Part shown: piece after piece, positions 12,801-26,700 of the stretch
Layout: each line of letters opens with the position of its first letter
How positions within the stretch are numbered: the first letter of the stretch is position 1
Assembly (NCBI RefSeq): GCF_006345805.1
Contig: NC_043015.1
Span: forward strand, 35,092,001-35,156,000
Length of the DNA: 64,000 nucleotides
Direction of reading: 5' to 3'
Source: Octopus sinensis
Taxonomy: Eukaryota
Notes under the pieces: model-generated
Database searches by the model: none
What the model was told of the DNA's origin: nothing
The model's input: the letters and a program-made list of their open reading frames with translations, nothing else
Program-made: the position numbers and the translations under genes

Positions 12801-15800
12801 AATAAGGTGAATATTATCTTTTGAATGTGGAATATTAATATGTATGAAAAGGAGAGCATTAATCAGATGCTAAGAAAGTGGTTGGACATTCATGTATAGT
12901 GAGAAGATGACCAGGTTGACCGGATATATTATGTGAATAAAAAGGAAGTGACGGTGGGGACTCATTGTATATTTACTGTAAAAGAAAGGCATCTGCGAGA
13001 GAGCAAGTAAAACGGAAGACGTAAGGTCAAATTTTTATATATTTGACCTCACAGAAAAGGAGTGAGATAAGTGGTGATATGCCATGTGATAGACTCGTCC
13101 AATCATACCATCAGGGAGAAACCGGTGTCAAATTATAATCCAGCCCATGCCAGCATTGCAAATTGTGAAGATGCAAGTGTAGTAAAACAACTTAGTAGTA
13201 AAGCTCAAGTCAGAAAGAAGTAGAAGGTCAAGAATCGGTTATCTGTGTTGGTCATGAATTTCTTTTCTCAGTCATGAAGCATAGATTGAGTGAGATGTTA
13301 CAGTGTAATTAGACTCGGACATTGAATGCAGATGTGCGGAGTCTAATGAGAAGAGAGGTAAGATTTGTTAATTTACATATAAAGTTGAGAACGAATGCAT
13401 TAAGAGAGCAGGCAGACATAAACAACCTCGGTTAATATGTACGAGAGGAGACAATCATATATATGGCGTAGTGGTTGCCAAACAGTGAACTGAGAGAACA
13501 GACATTACAAGAAAGATCTCAAGCGATAAGTGCAGGGGAGATAACTCTGTTGGTCTAAACCAGTAATTTCCAAAATGCTACAAGAAATAAAAATTCTTTA
13601 TAAAACTAAAATTCAAATTCTATTTGACTGTATATGTTTCTAGTTTTTAGACTAAACAAGTCAATGTCACAATAAAATTTTTCAGCTTTTGTATTCTTGG
13701 ACACAAGTCCTTGTACCTTAAAAATAATAACTTTCAAATGACCCCTAGAAGCTTCAAACTTTTGTTCATTAGTCTACTGACATACTACCAAAAGAAAAAA
13801 AAAAGAAAAAGAAATCAGCATTTCTGATGACAGAGTAAGTAATGTACATAGGAACAAAAACTGAGATACACACATGAATAGCTCTTAGACCTATTTTGTG
13901 GAAGACATCATGCATGTGATTAGCAGTTACCCAAAAATGTCATCAAAGTTACTACCTTCGTATGTGGCAGAACATTGTTGCTACACAATAATACACAATG
14001 CCACTCAGAAAAACGAATTTCCAAGAATAAATATTGAAAATCCTGTTATTGAATACATACACAAACATCAATGAAAGCAGTAATGGTGGGACATTCCCTT
14101 CAAAACATCCGTCAAGTCTAAACCTGGCAGGCCAGATAATGTTGTTTGGGACACACAACAAAAAGGATGTCCTACCACTTTCAAAGAGGATAACCATGGA
14201 CAGTTGCTTTGAAGCTTCCTGCTTCTGCATCCACATGATAAATTCACATTTATACCAATAATAACTGGTACCTTTAGTTTTGTGAGTAAATGCCTAAGGG
14301 ACAACCTAAAATAGGCAGGGTTTCCAGAAAAAAACCCCAAAATATTGACCAGCTAATTTGTACAATACGGAAGCAATTTGTAAGTGGAACAGTAAAAATA
14401 TACAAGGCTTTTTTCAAGTTTAAAATGTGACATTGTTTTTTTTATCTACATTCCAACGATGGAGCTTTATATGTTTGTCAGAAACCAGCTTCTTCGTCAG
14501 AGGATCAATTTAAATAATTAAAAACAGAAGAGGACATACAAGCAAATATGTATGTATACATACGTGTTTACTCTCTAATATATGTATGTATATATACATG
14601 CATACATACATTTGTGTGTGTGTGTGTATGCGTGTGTATCTGTGTATGTGTGTGTGTATGTCTATGTGTATGTGTGTATGTGTATGTGTGTATGTATGTG
14701 TGTGTGCATGTGTGTGTGCATGTATGTATGTATGAATGTGTGTGTGTGTGTATGTATGTATGTATGCATGCATGTAATAACTGCATTATTTCCAGTTCAA
14801 TCTTAGATTCTGGGAGTAGATCCAATAAGCACAATTCTAATAACAGTTCTTAAACTGCCATTATACAAAATGGTAATATTTCTGTTGCTAATACGCATAA
14901 CAGGAATATCTATACAGCACCAGAACTGAGTAAGTGTAGAAATAATTCCAATGTCCCCTTAACAATATCAAACTTCTCTGTCTCTCTTTCTCTCTGTAGT
15001 CAGTACCTAATTGATTAACAGCTCAACACACACGCCTACTTTTTATATAGATATATTTTTGAATAATATATTATTATTATTAATATAAAGAAATTAATAT
15101 CCAAACTCATCCTAAAGATATACCTGTGTGAGAGAAGTTATTGTATTAAAAATATATATTTTTATTTGAATATTTTAAATTGAATATATTTACCTAAAGA
15201 TTTATACTTTTTATATATTGCTCTCCATCTCTAAAACTTCACTAGTGAAAGCTAGAGTGTGAAGAAATAGTTGTCTAAGGTGGTTTAAGCAGAAGGTCAT
15301 GTGTGTGTGGTGCAATTTCGAAGGAGTTTGGTGCACTTTGAATTTGTCTCATGTTGTGAATGCTGTGTTGTCATGTTGTGAATACTCATGTTGTGAATGC
15401 TGTGTTGTCATGTTGTGAATGCTCATGTTGTGAATGCTAACCTTTATGCTCAACAACCACAATGAGTAAACGATATTTTGAAAGCCAACTGGCTGGCATT
15501 GATCAATTGAGGAAGCACACTCCTACAGCATGACAATGGCCTCAGCACACACTACCAATGTAACCAAGTGCAAATTTCAGAGATGTGAGAGGCTGGAAGT
15601 TCTGCCTACAGTCCAAAATTACCAACTTTTCCGAGCCATTTCCTGAATAGAAAGAGGATCAACAATGTGGATGAAGTTGAAAACAGGTGTAGGGCGTTTC
15701 TGTCTCTGAACCAGCCAAAAGTCTGGAATTGAGCTCCTAACACAACAATGGTAACATACAACAGAATACGATCGTATATATTTTGATGAATAAATGCTTT

Positions 15801-18800
15801 TCATATGTGATTTGTTTGAATTATTAATTAAAGCTTGAAATACAGAAAAAAAAAGACAAAAAACATTTGGCTCAACCTGATATCCTTCACAAAAACAACA
15901 TACATGTGCAGTGCTACTATATTTATACACAAAACATAAATGACACTACATCAAAAGGTATTAAAATTTATATCTTACCTAATGACTTCTTGGACAAGAA
16001 CTGTATTCATAGATTGTTCATACAATATTGGGTACTGTTCCATGACACTTTTCACATGAAATAAGTTAGGGAGTTGCTGTATGATATCTTTGGCCGTTTC
16101 TTCAGTGGCCTGTTTGGTTAAGCAATATATACAAAAATAAGTATAGAGTAGAAATAACAGTGGTGCTTAAGGATGGGTGAAAGTAAATGGAAAAGGAAAC
16201 AGATGTGGAAACAAAGTATCAGGGCTTCTCATTAAGGTGCAAGAAGGAAGGTGAATATAAGAATGAATAAGGACAGTGGATTGGGTTAAAGTTCACAAGA
16301 GTGTGAAAGGAGAGTGACAGATGGTTCGAAGTGAAGGTGAATGAAAGGGGGCAGATCAGGAGTGGAGGAGGAGGTGATAAATAGCCATACAGAAAGGGTG
16401 GAGAGTAGAAGTAGTCTAAAACTGTAAGTGGGTGAGAAATAGGGAAATGATGTGAAATGTGAGGGGGAAGGAGAGAGAGGTAGACAGTAACAGAGATGAA
16501 GGTCAGAGATACATAGGAATGGATAGAGAGAGTGCTGGTGATGACAGACATGAAGTGTTGAGAATTATAGCAAATGTTAGGTGTTAAGTATGAGGTAGTT
16601 CAGGTGAAAAGGTTGGTCAGCAGAAAATGAAAAATGCGAAAGAGAAATACTGTAAATGAAGGATGGATGAGAAAAGAAAGTGAAATGGAATATATACAGT
16701 TTTTTAACTGATTTGGTCAAAGGAATTCTTATTCAATGAGATATGTTACATGTCTAAAAATACACCAAACATTATACACTGAAATATTTATGATAAACCC
16801 TGTTTTATCAAAAAACAGCGAGATGAATGCTGAACCTTAGTAACAACCGAAGGGAAACTATGTTTAGAATGGAAATGCAATTTACTTAATATTTCCTTTG
16901 ATAGATTTAAGATTGTAGAAAATATAGCACTTACCTCTTCTCTGGAAGTGCCAACTCCTGTAGATATCTTTGGTTGCAAATTTAACAACCATGTTAACAG
17001 CTGAAATGTGTCTGTTTGTGCACAAGTGATATTGGCATTGTCATGAAGACCAAAGATCTCTGGTGTATCATTAATGGGAAGGTTTCTTATATAAGCCATA
17101 TAACCCTAAATGAAAGATATATATATATCAGAATTTCACAAAGGATTTATGAATTAAACAGTAAGAATTGAGTGAACAGATATATCTCAACTCTCTTCAT
17201 TATACTCATAAAGATTATCAACTGTTGTTCTCTGTAATTTTCTACAGATAACAGTTTGCATTTTTACTTTCAAATCCATTTTCATTTAAAACTTTTATCA
17301 AATCATCAAAAAATGGAACACTAGTGTAGGAGTAAAATTAAATTTGTATCAAGTGACTTAATTTGAGTGTTATAATAGCAAAATATTCATCTTAACAGCT
17401 AAAATTAATTAATGAAATACATAACACTTAATATTATATAATGAATGATTAAAGAACACTTAAAGTTGTGGAAGAATTTAAAGTTTTAACAGATGCAATA
17501 GTTGTGAGTTAATCCACTGAATTCACTCAGCTTCCCTCCTCTGAGTCTCTTTTTCTCTCCAACAACCCATTGCCAAACATTCTATTTTGTCCTTCCTCTC
17601 CAGACATCTATTCCCTCTCTTGCCAGGCTTTCACTACAGGTTTTGGCTGACAGAACTTCATGCTAATATTAATCACATAAACCTCATCACAAATTGCAAT
17701 CTTTAGAGGTGGTATGTCTCTTTTGTAGAGTAAAATGCTAAAGAAAATTTGTATTGTTTACAGAAATTTGGTACCAAATAAGAATCAGGTTGTAACAGTA
17801 AAAGAATAAATGATCTTTTCCATGGCTTCTTAATTTTTCTCTTAGTACCACAACCATTGAAAGTCAATAAATGGTCAACGTTTCTTCTTTCCAGAACAAT
17901 ATTCCTTAGTCCGTGTCTACCACAGACCAAACTGACCATTCATCACACAAACTTCACTTTGGCCACAGAACTTTCTTCTCAAACTTCATATAACATTCAC
18001 TTTATAAGATTACACTGACCATCAGCCTGAAATATTGTGCACGCGCACACACACACGTAAGAGTATATGCCTGTGTCTGTGTGTATAAACATATAAACAC
18101 ATAGACATGTATTCAAAAACAACTGCAAATATACTCCTTCACATGCACAATAGTTAGCACACTCACATCCACATCATTAAAGACACACACACATACACAC
18201 AAAGAGAGAAGCAGTAACAGAGAAACAATAAACCACCTACATTGTGATCTTGAGCACTGGAGATTTGTTTGTAAATCTTCGACTCAGAATAAGCAAAATT
18301 TTCTTCAAATATTTGGCTATTGTAGAAATCATCCAGAATGGTCATTAGACACCTCCTATCATGATCATCAGTGACTCTGCCACCATAATTAATGTGACCA
18401 GCAGTGTACTTTAAAACCTGTCGTTGACAATATTAATTAAAATGATATTAATACATAATGAATCTTAATAAAATAAATATTAAGTGACAGTTTTTTTTGG
18501 TTTTTTTTTGTGAACCCCTTTGGTTTACTGAATATTTTCATGAATCACTTTTGAGCAAAAAATCAATGAAATTAAACCAGAAATTAAATATTAAATAATA
18601 CAACCAAATAGAAAACTATAACAATAAGCAAATATATGAGGACATTCTGACAAACTCTAATGTACAATTCTGGTAAAATATGTGGTTGAAGCTTTTTCTG
18701 TCATGGACCACCAGTAGAGAACTGCTACTCTGGGATATATGAGTCGGAAGTTTTAGGGATTTTCACTGATGATTTTTGGCAATGTATCTCTATGTTATAT

Positions 18801-20432
18801 TGCTTATTCTTTGCTCTCATATATAACATATAAACATTAACTTTTCTTCTTTATTTAATAGTTTTGATAATGGGAGGTAAAAAAACTACATTTAGTGCCA
18901 TTTTACATTCCCTGTAGAAAAAGGACTGAGTGCAAGGGTAACAGCAACAAAAAGATGATTTGGAAGAGCCAGGAACTGTCGACAAATGTGTGGCATAAAA
19001 CTGGTTGTTAAGGAAGGTGACACCAGCCTTGAAGACAAACCAAGGTCAGGGAGACCTTCTCTTGTAGAAGATGAGGCCTTGCTTGAAATGGTTGAACAAG
19101 TGTGAGTACTGCCTGCCAACATGTCTGTGTGTCTGTCAATCTGTTTGTTTGTCAATCTATAAATCTGTCTGTCTATATTTTTTTATTAATCCATTACAGG
19201 TTTTACCTCGATTTCTCTCATGCAAAACACCAGCAATTTAAATTCAAAGGTATAATCTGTCCACCTCAGGTGCTTCCATTCCATCATTTCAGAAAAATAG
19301 CTGAAGTATTACTTATAACCATTTTTAATAAACCCATCTCATGACTTAACAATTTGTCATGTATGAAGAATGTGTAATTTCACAAAGACAAGCCTCAATA
19401 CAATGGCAGCATATGACGAGATGGACACTGCATCAAGAATAAAGGCAATCACTTTAGTAAGCAGATGATAAGAGATGCTGTGAATTTTGTCAGAGACTTT
19501 CAGAAGAAACTGTAACATGGTGTGCACTTCAACATAGAATTACAAGAAAACATCAGCATGTCCAAACACAAGATACTGCAAACTATTTTACTTATTTGAG
19601 GTATAAAATAATGGTTGATGTACAAATAGGGATATTAAATTTTTCTATCACATAATACGAGTTTTAATTTTTGTTTTAAAATTAACAGGAAACAGTATTA
19701 CAATATTAATAAAATTCGCACCTTGAATGGTATTTCTGTGTATTCTGAAAGAAACATTTTCAGTTGACTCATACAGATTTTTAAATCCCCATCAGTGAAT
19801 TCATACGGAATATTGAAGCCGAGTGGTCCAAATCTTCTTCGTTCAAGGATAACTCCATGAAATAAGCAGAGTGATAATATCAAAGACTTGAAATTTGTTG
19901 ACTGGAAATATAGCAAATAAATATTAATAGACAAGTGAATAAACAAACATACAAGTATCCATCCCTCCATTCAGACTTACCCATCAGTCCACCCATCCAT
20001 TTGTTGTCCAGGAGCTCCTCAGGAGGTACCCTCATGCCAATTACCTTCCAAATAACTGCAAAACAGTAGGACTAACATACTTCAAAGAATGCTCAGCATG
20101 CCAAAAAGAGGAAAATAAAAAGACTAGGTGTAGATGTTTTCTGTAGACTTAAAGATGAAACCAGTATTGACATGAAATGCAGGCTTTCTTGGGTTCACAA
20201 CCACAACATCACATCACACTTTATAGGCAGCACTTTTGCAATCCATGAACAGGAGATTGCTATAGCATACTAAGCAAACAAGAGATAGTGAAGACCTTGG
20301 AATCCCAAAATGCAACTATGATATTGCATGTGTAATCAGCAGCTATCCAAAACTATACTTCCTCCCAATGCAAGGGGACATTTTCACTAAAGCAATATAC
20401 AATACCATTCCGAGTTCGATTCCAGGCAGTGA

Positions 20433-20463
<31 letters not shown>

Positions 20464-20464
20464 G

Positions 20465-20515
<51 letters not shown>

Positions 20516-21015
20516 TTGTCTTGGTATAAAAGATGGACTACAGCAAATATTCTGCTCAATACCACAGATTTGCTTGTCAGTTGTTTGACCTTAACCAGTT
20601 GAGCATGTCTCTTACTGGCTGACGATATGTGCATCTCTGATCAGGAGCAGAAGTAGTGGGGGAGCATCATAGCCATGTGTTGAGAGGGATTCTTGGAGGT
20701 TTGGATAATTAACCTTTGGAAACATGGGTGGTTCGTTCAACATCCTTAAACAATCTTTATTCAGGGACCTTTTGAGCGGGATTGGCTACTCAACCAGAAG
20801 AAAATTCTAACTGGGCCTCACCTGCAAGGCACATATGGTTGTGATGCATGTGCTTGGTGTACCCTTATCAGACTGGTAGTCAAGATGGGTATACTGGGTT
20901 TCGTATATTTTACCCCAGTGTCACTTTGATGGCATGCACTGCTCTCTCACTCAATAATAATAATAATAATAATAAAAATAATAATAATATTAATAATTAA
21001 TAATATTAATAATAA

Positions 21016-21081
<66 letters not shown>

Positions 21082-23734
21082 CATCGAAAAATACCTTAGG
21101 AATGAGAACCTAGGTTCAAAATTTCCCTAAGACACCTGATGAAAGCTGGAAAGTATATCAGCCGAAACGTTGTGTTAACAACAAACAAGATAAGGACAAA
21201 TATCTGTCAAATGTAAATAATGTAATATACAATGCCATCCCAAAAAACAAAAAAAAAACTGTTCTGAGGTCAATAAAAAGAATCCCCTTGTTATTGAATA
21301 TATGTCTAAACATCAAGACAAATCACATTGGTGGAACTTCCTCAGCAAAACTTCTATCAAGTGAAAACATAACAGATCAAATATAGTTGCTTTGGGGGAA
21401 TATCTCGAAGAAAATCAAAGGGACAGCTGCTTCAAATGTTTATAAACATATTTACCCTAATATTAATATGATACTTAAATACAAGAATAATTATTATATA
21501 TCTCTATACTTTTTAATGATTACCCAGAGTATATTATGTTATAGTTTATGTCTATTTCTCTAAATATCCTTCCTTTCTCCCCTTTACAAGGTCTATACCA
21601 AATTTTTCTATAAAACAATACTCACTGAGCTGAAATGCTCTACATACTTAACACATAAAAACATAAAAATGTAATGGTATATCTTTTGTTTCTACCTCTG
21701 ATGAGATTCAAGTTCATAATGATTTAATTACTTTAATTAAATTTTTAAAGTCTGAATCAAAACAGCAGTCAGAGATTATGTCTACTTTTATAATTAATAA
21801 ATATAATCATTAATTGATTTATTTGTATTTTCTTTTTAAATAAATAAATATAAACCTTGGTTTATTTAATTACCTATTTTTGAGTATTAAAATTAATATT
21901 CAAAACGAATAGTAGGTAATAAACCAGTAAATTCATTGGATATCATTATCCGTTAATGAGGCTTATTTAACTTCTAATTGAACTTTTATCTCTCTCTCTC
22001 TCATACACACACACACATACTCTGTTTAGCATCAAGTGGAAAATACTCTCGCACACACAACTATACCAAGGTAATAACAAACTCTGCCAAGTTTGTACAA
22101 ATGATTCCTCAAACATTCTGACATTTATGGATCAAACCCTGAACTGAAACACTGAACAGTCTCTTCATTCAGGCATAACATCTTAAAAACACTAAAACCC
22201 TTCAAACCAGTAATCTTTTCTAATAGCTAAACTTGCTGATATCCTATCAACCCTGTTCTATCCACCTGTACCATAAACCACCCCACTAATATAAAATATG
22301 AAAAAACACTCTTGCAGCTTTACAATTTTACACTTAAATACTATAGAAATTGTGAAAAAAAATTCCTTTCATCATCATCATCATCATCATCATTTAACGT
22401 CTGCTTTCCATGCTGGCATGGGTTGGACGATTTGACTGAGGTCTGGTGAACCAGATGGCTGCACCAGACTCCAATCTGATCTGGCAGAGTTTCTACAGCT
22501 AGTTACCTTTCCTAACGCCAACCACTCCGAGAGTGTAGTGGGTGCTTTTAAGTGTCACCGGCACGAGGGCCAGTCAGACAGTACTGACAACGGCCATGCT
22601 TAAATGGTGCTTTTTATGTGCCACTTGCACAAGAGCCAGTCCAGCGGCACTGGCAATGACCTCGCTCGAATGTTTTTTTCATGTGCCACCAGCACAAGTG
22701 CTAGTAAGACAACGCAGGTAATGACCATGCTCGAATGGTGTTTTTAAACATGCCATCGGCATGGAGGCTAGCTTGTTGCTCTGGCAACGATCTCACTTGT
22801 ATGGTACTCTTAGCACTCTACTAGTACAGATGCCAGTCATTGAATTTGATTTTGATTTCACTTGCCTCAACAGGTCTTCGCAAGCAGAGTTTAGTGTCTA
22901 ATGAAAGAAAGGCATGCATAAGTGCACTGGTTAGACCCCTTCCTCCAACTAAAATCTCTAGTTTGTTAGAAAAAGTAAAAGAATATCACTACATCAGATG
23001 TAAAAGGCTCTTAAACAAAATGAAAAATTCAACAGAAGATTTGATTTAATTTTTCTCAAATGAGAAAAACTTCGACCAAGATCAAAAATTTAACAGAAGA
23101 AATGACAGATAGTTATGTGCAGACCCTTCTGAAGTTCCAAGTGTTATGGATAGAAAAATTTCCTGCAACTATCATGGTTTTAGGGGTTGTTAGCAATGAA
23201 TGACATGTAATACTTCCTTACTTCTTTCCACAAAACCCTAAAATTAACTCTGCTGCCTACATTGAGGTCCTGGAAATAATTGTTAAGCCCTGTATGCAAT
23301 GGAAGGCCATATGTGTTTCAGTAAGACTCTGCACTATCACACATGGCTCCAGTAACACAGGAATGGATGGCTGAAAATTTTTTGATGATCCCATAACCTC
23401 TAACATTTGGCTTGCTAATTTCTCAGATCTCAATCCATGTGGAGCATTGTTGAGAGAGAGGTCAATGAACGCCCCATAACACCAAAGATTCTTTGAAAGC
23501 TGCCATAGTCAGAGTAATGTCCCAAATGAACCAGGACCAGTTTGATTCAAGCATGTACATGACTTAAATCCCATATAGAAGCAGTAGTTAAAGCTGAAGC
23601 TGGCTTTTATTGAATAACATTATAGAAAAGAAGGTTTATTTTTTCCCTCATAGCATTTTTTGATAAATCAAGTTATTATCTTATTACATATGTTTTTTAT
23701 AAATATAAATCTATCCTCAAATATCTTACGTACC

Positions 23735-23780
<46 letters not shown>

Positions 23781-26700
23781 GTTTTTATTATTTTTTTGCA
23801 ATTTACTTAATCATTGGTATTTTATTGTTATTTTATTTTTAATATTTCTATTATATGTAATTTTCTAGATGGTATAATTTAATTGTTCATTTTGAATTGA
23901 TAATAGGTGTTTTTTTCTAATTTTTATATATATATTATATTTTGTGAAATTTGATTTAGTATTTCTAAATTAAATTTTTCCCTGTAAGTTAGGAATAACA
24001 TTCCCTTAAATAATAATTATATATATGGTTCATAGATGATAATCAGATATTCTCCATTTAGAATACACTTAATAGTGCTCAAGAGATTTAGACTTGAGTG
24101 AGTATAGAAGTAAATGTAGGGATATTATTTGGGACCCCACCAAACCCACAGAAACAGCTGTTGGGTTTGTAATACTTCAACCTCTTTAATTTTCTACATC
24201 GTTTGTATTCTGCGTAAGTTGGACCTTTTTGTATGTAAAAATATTTATATTTTTGTTTTTATTTCATGTATTTAATACACTTTATATATTGATCTGTCCA
24301 ACTTGCTTATCCCTACAAAGGGAGAGAGAGCAAAAGAGAAAGAGAGAGAGAGCAAAAGAGAAAGAGAGAGAGAGAAAGAGAGTGAAACAAATACAGGTGT
24401 ATCAAATACTATACAACATATATTCTTGATTTATGAAACTTATCCCCTCTGCCTCTAGAGTATGTCTCCTAATTACCAAATAGCAATTAAGACCAGATTC
24501 ACTTGGGAAGGAGAGATAATCTGAGGAGTCACGAATTTCTCCAAAGATGAGATGCCATTAAAGAAAAGGAAAAGTTTATTGTCTGGAAATGAGATAATGG
24601 TTGTGGCACTGGTTCAATAGCCATCATCAACGCAATGATTGTCCAACCTCTCTGAATGTGTTCTACTGTTTTTTTTTTGCTTTTGTTTTTAATATATATA
24701 AGTCCCTTGGCTACTGAGAATAATAATATAGCTAGATTTAAGTGTTTAGTCAGTTGTATATATCTAGAAGAACAGACCCATTCATAAGGAAAAATTTATT
24801 AAGTACAGATACCTTTTCTGCCAATGAATTCAAGTAATCATCATTAATTGACATATAGGATTTTAAAAGATTTGCTTTAATGCCTTTTGGTGGTTCCACT
24901 GTCATTTTGGAACTGTTTTGAAGGATAAACACAGGGAAACTGGTGCTTGGCATGCTGGTTAGCCAAAGTCGGAAATCACGATGTACCTGAAAATAGGAAA
25001 TGATTTTAAACTTAAAAGAAGTGCTAACACGTTATCCCTTCCTAGTCTTCAAGAGAGAAACTGACCACTCACTACTAAGTGACTACAATCTACTATTTTC
25101 CAACAATACATACAGTAAACAATTTTAATTGGCATTATTCTTAAAGAAAACTGTAAATAATTAAAGATAAGCTTAATCCTTCAAGATTCACTTCATTGTT
25201 TATTGAAGTAAAGCCAGCATTTCTAATGTTTCAATGTTATTCTAGGGTAAGACACTATTATTTAGTGGAAACAGGATGGTTTTTAAGTTGCTAGTGTTTA
25301 GTTTGAATTGTTGCAGCAGGTTAGTGGCTAAATGGAAACATAATGTGATGTTGCAATGGAGAAAAACCAGAAGCTAAAAGACAGAGGTGTGGGTGATGGG
25401 GCCACTGCTATTGTATAGGCCTTGTTAACTTTGGTTGAACATACCTATGAAATGTTAGTGGTCTGTTGAACTATTGAATAAAAATCAATAAATCTAGTGC
25501 TCAATAAACCATGCTTTCACCTAGTTAAGGACAACACTGTGCACTCAGTATACAGGGGTTTGTTAAATAAGGTACAATATGACAAAGTGTCTTCTTTTGT
25601 AAGCATGTAGATATTAGTGACGGAAGCAAATAAGTGAGATGTGATAACTTATGTTCGTCTGGGATTGTTGAGTCTCTCAACAATGCCAGTAAGTTATTCA
25701 AGGCCTATAGGGGTATAATGGCTTTTTTCTGTATTTTTTTTGATTGTCTATGGTGTTTTAACAGATGTTAAGTAGTGGGGATAGTTGTGTTAAAACACTG
25801 ATCATTTCAAATTGAGTCAGTTTATGAAATGGCATTCCAGCCATGGCCATTTCATCTTTTCTTTCAGACATTGTCTTTATAGAACTACATTATCAAATGC
25901 ACAATGCCATGTTTTAAAACAGGAATAGGGATTTAAGGGAGATTGATTATTAGCTGGTCAAGCAACTGAGTAGATACCTCACCGTTGGGTTGTAGGTGTG
26001 GCAGATGTGCCGATATTCTTCGGGTTAATTGTACACTTAGAAACAGGGACTGTGAGGGTTAGGGTTAGCTGTAGCAACAAAACTGTGTATCTCATATGGC
26101 ATGTTTAAGTGATCTTTCATTTTCAGTACTTCTATTTCTTTATAAAGGTAGACATGAATAAAATATGTACCCAAAGTAGAATGATGCGAATTATATTGTC
26201 TTGTATTCTGTTGTTTTGTATTTTGTGTATTAATTTTTGTGATTTTAGCCCAGACAGGTTTGCTATGTTTCTCCCATTCGTAAACACTCCTGATTTAAAT
26301 TGATCATTGCTTGCCTCTGATGCAAACACCATCTATACCAGAAATCTATCCTCAATACTGGAAACCCTTACAGGGTTCTACCTTGATTCTCTACCAAAAG
26401 ATTTGCATACCTTCATCCCTTCCTGCCACCAACAATTGCCCACACTACTACTGCATGCACCAAAAGGTGATATGTTACTTAGTAAATTATTAGCAAATTA
26501 ACAAACCACCTACCTCTTACTCTCTGTATATAAAGGACTATCCAATAGAAGATCATTTATATAATTAATTTATACATTAACCTATTTACATTTGCAGCAG
26601 TAATGCTTATATTTACAACACTACTCACCACCAACAGAGACAACGATTTTAACATGTTTGAATGATGGTAAGTTAAAGTGAAACCAACTGATATGGAATG

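Noticed and set aside
13773-13834. Candidate third nested exon [20 protein letters not shown] with a gtaagt donor
   Set aside because: Phase fits, but it is largely an A-run and abuts or overlaps an RLE LINE relic; too weak to call.
15348-15437. Short tandem catgttgtgaat repeat (about 5 units)
   Set aside because: Ordinary local slippage beside a mariner relic.
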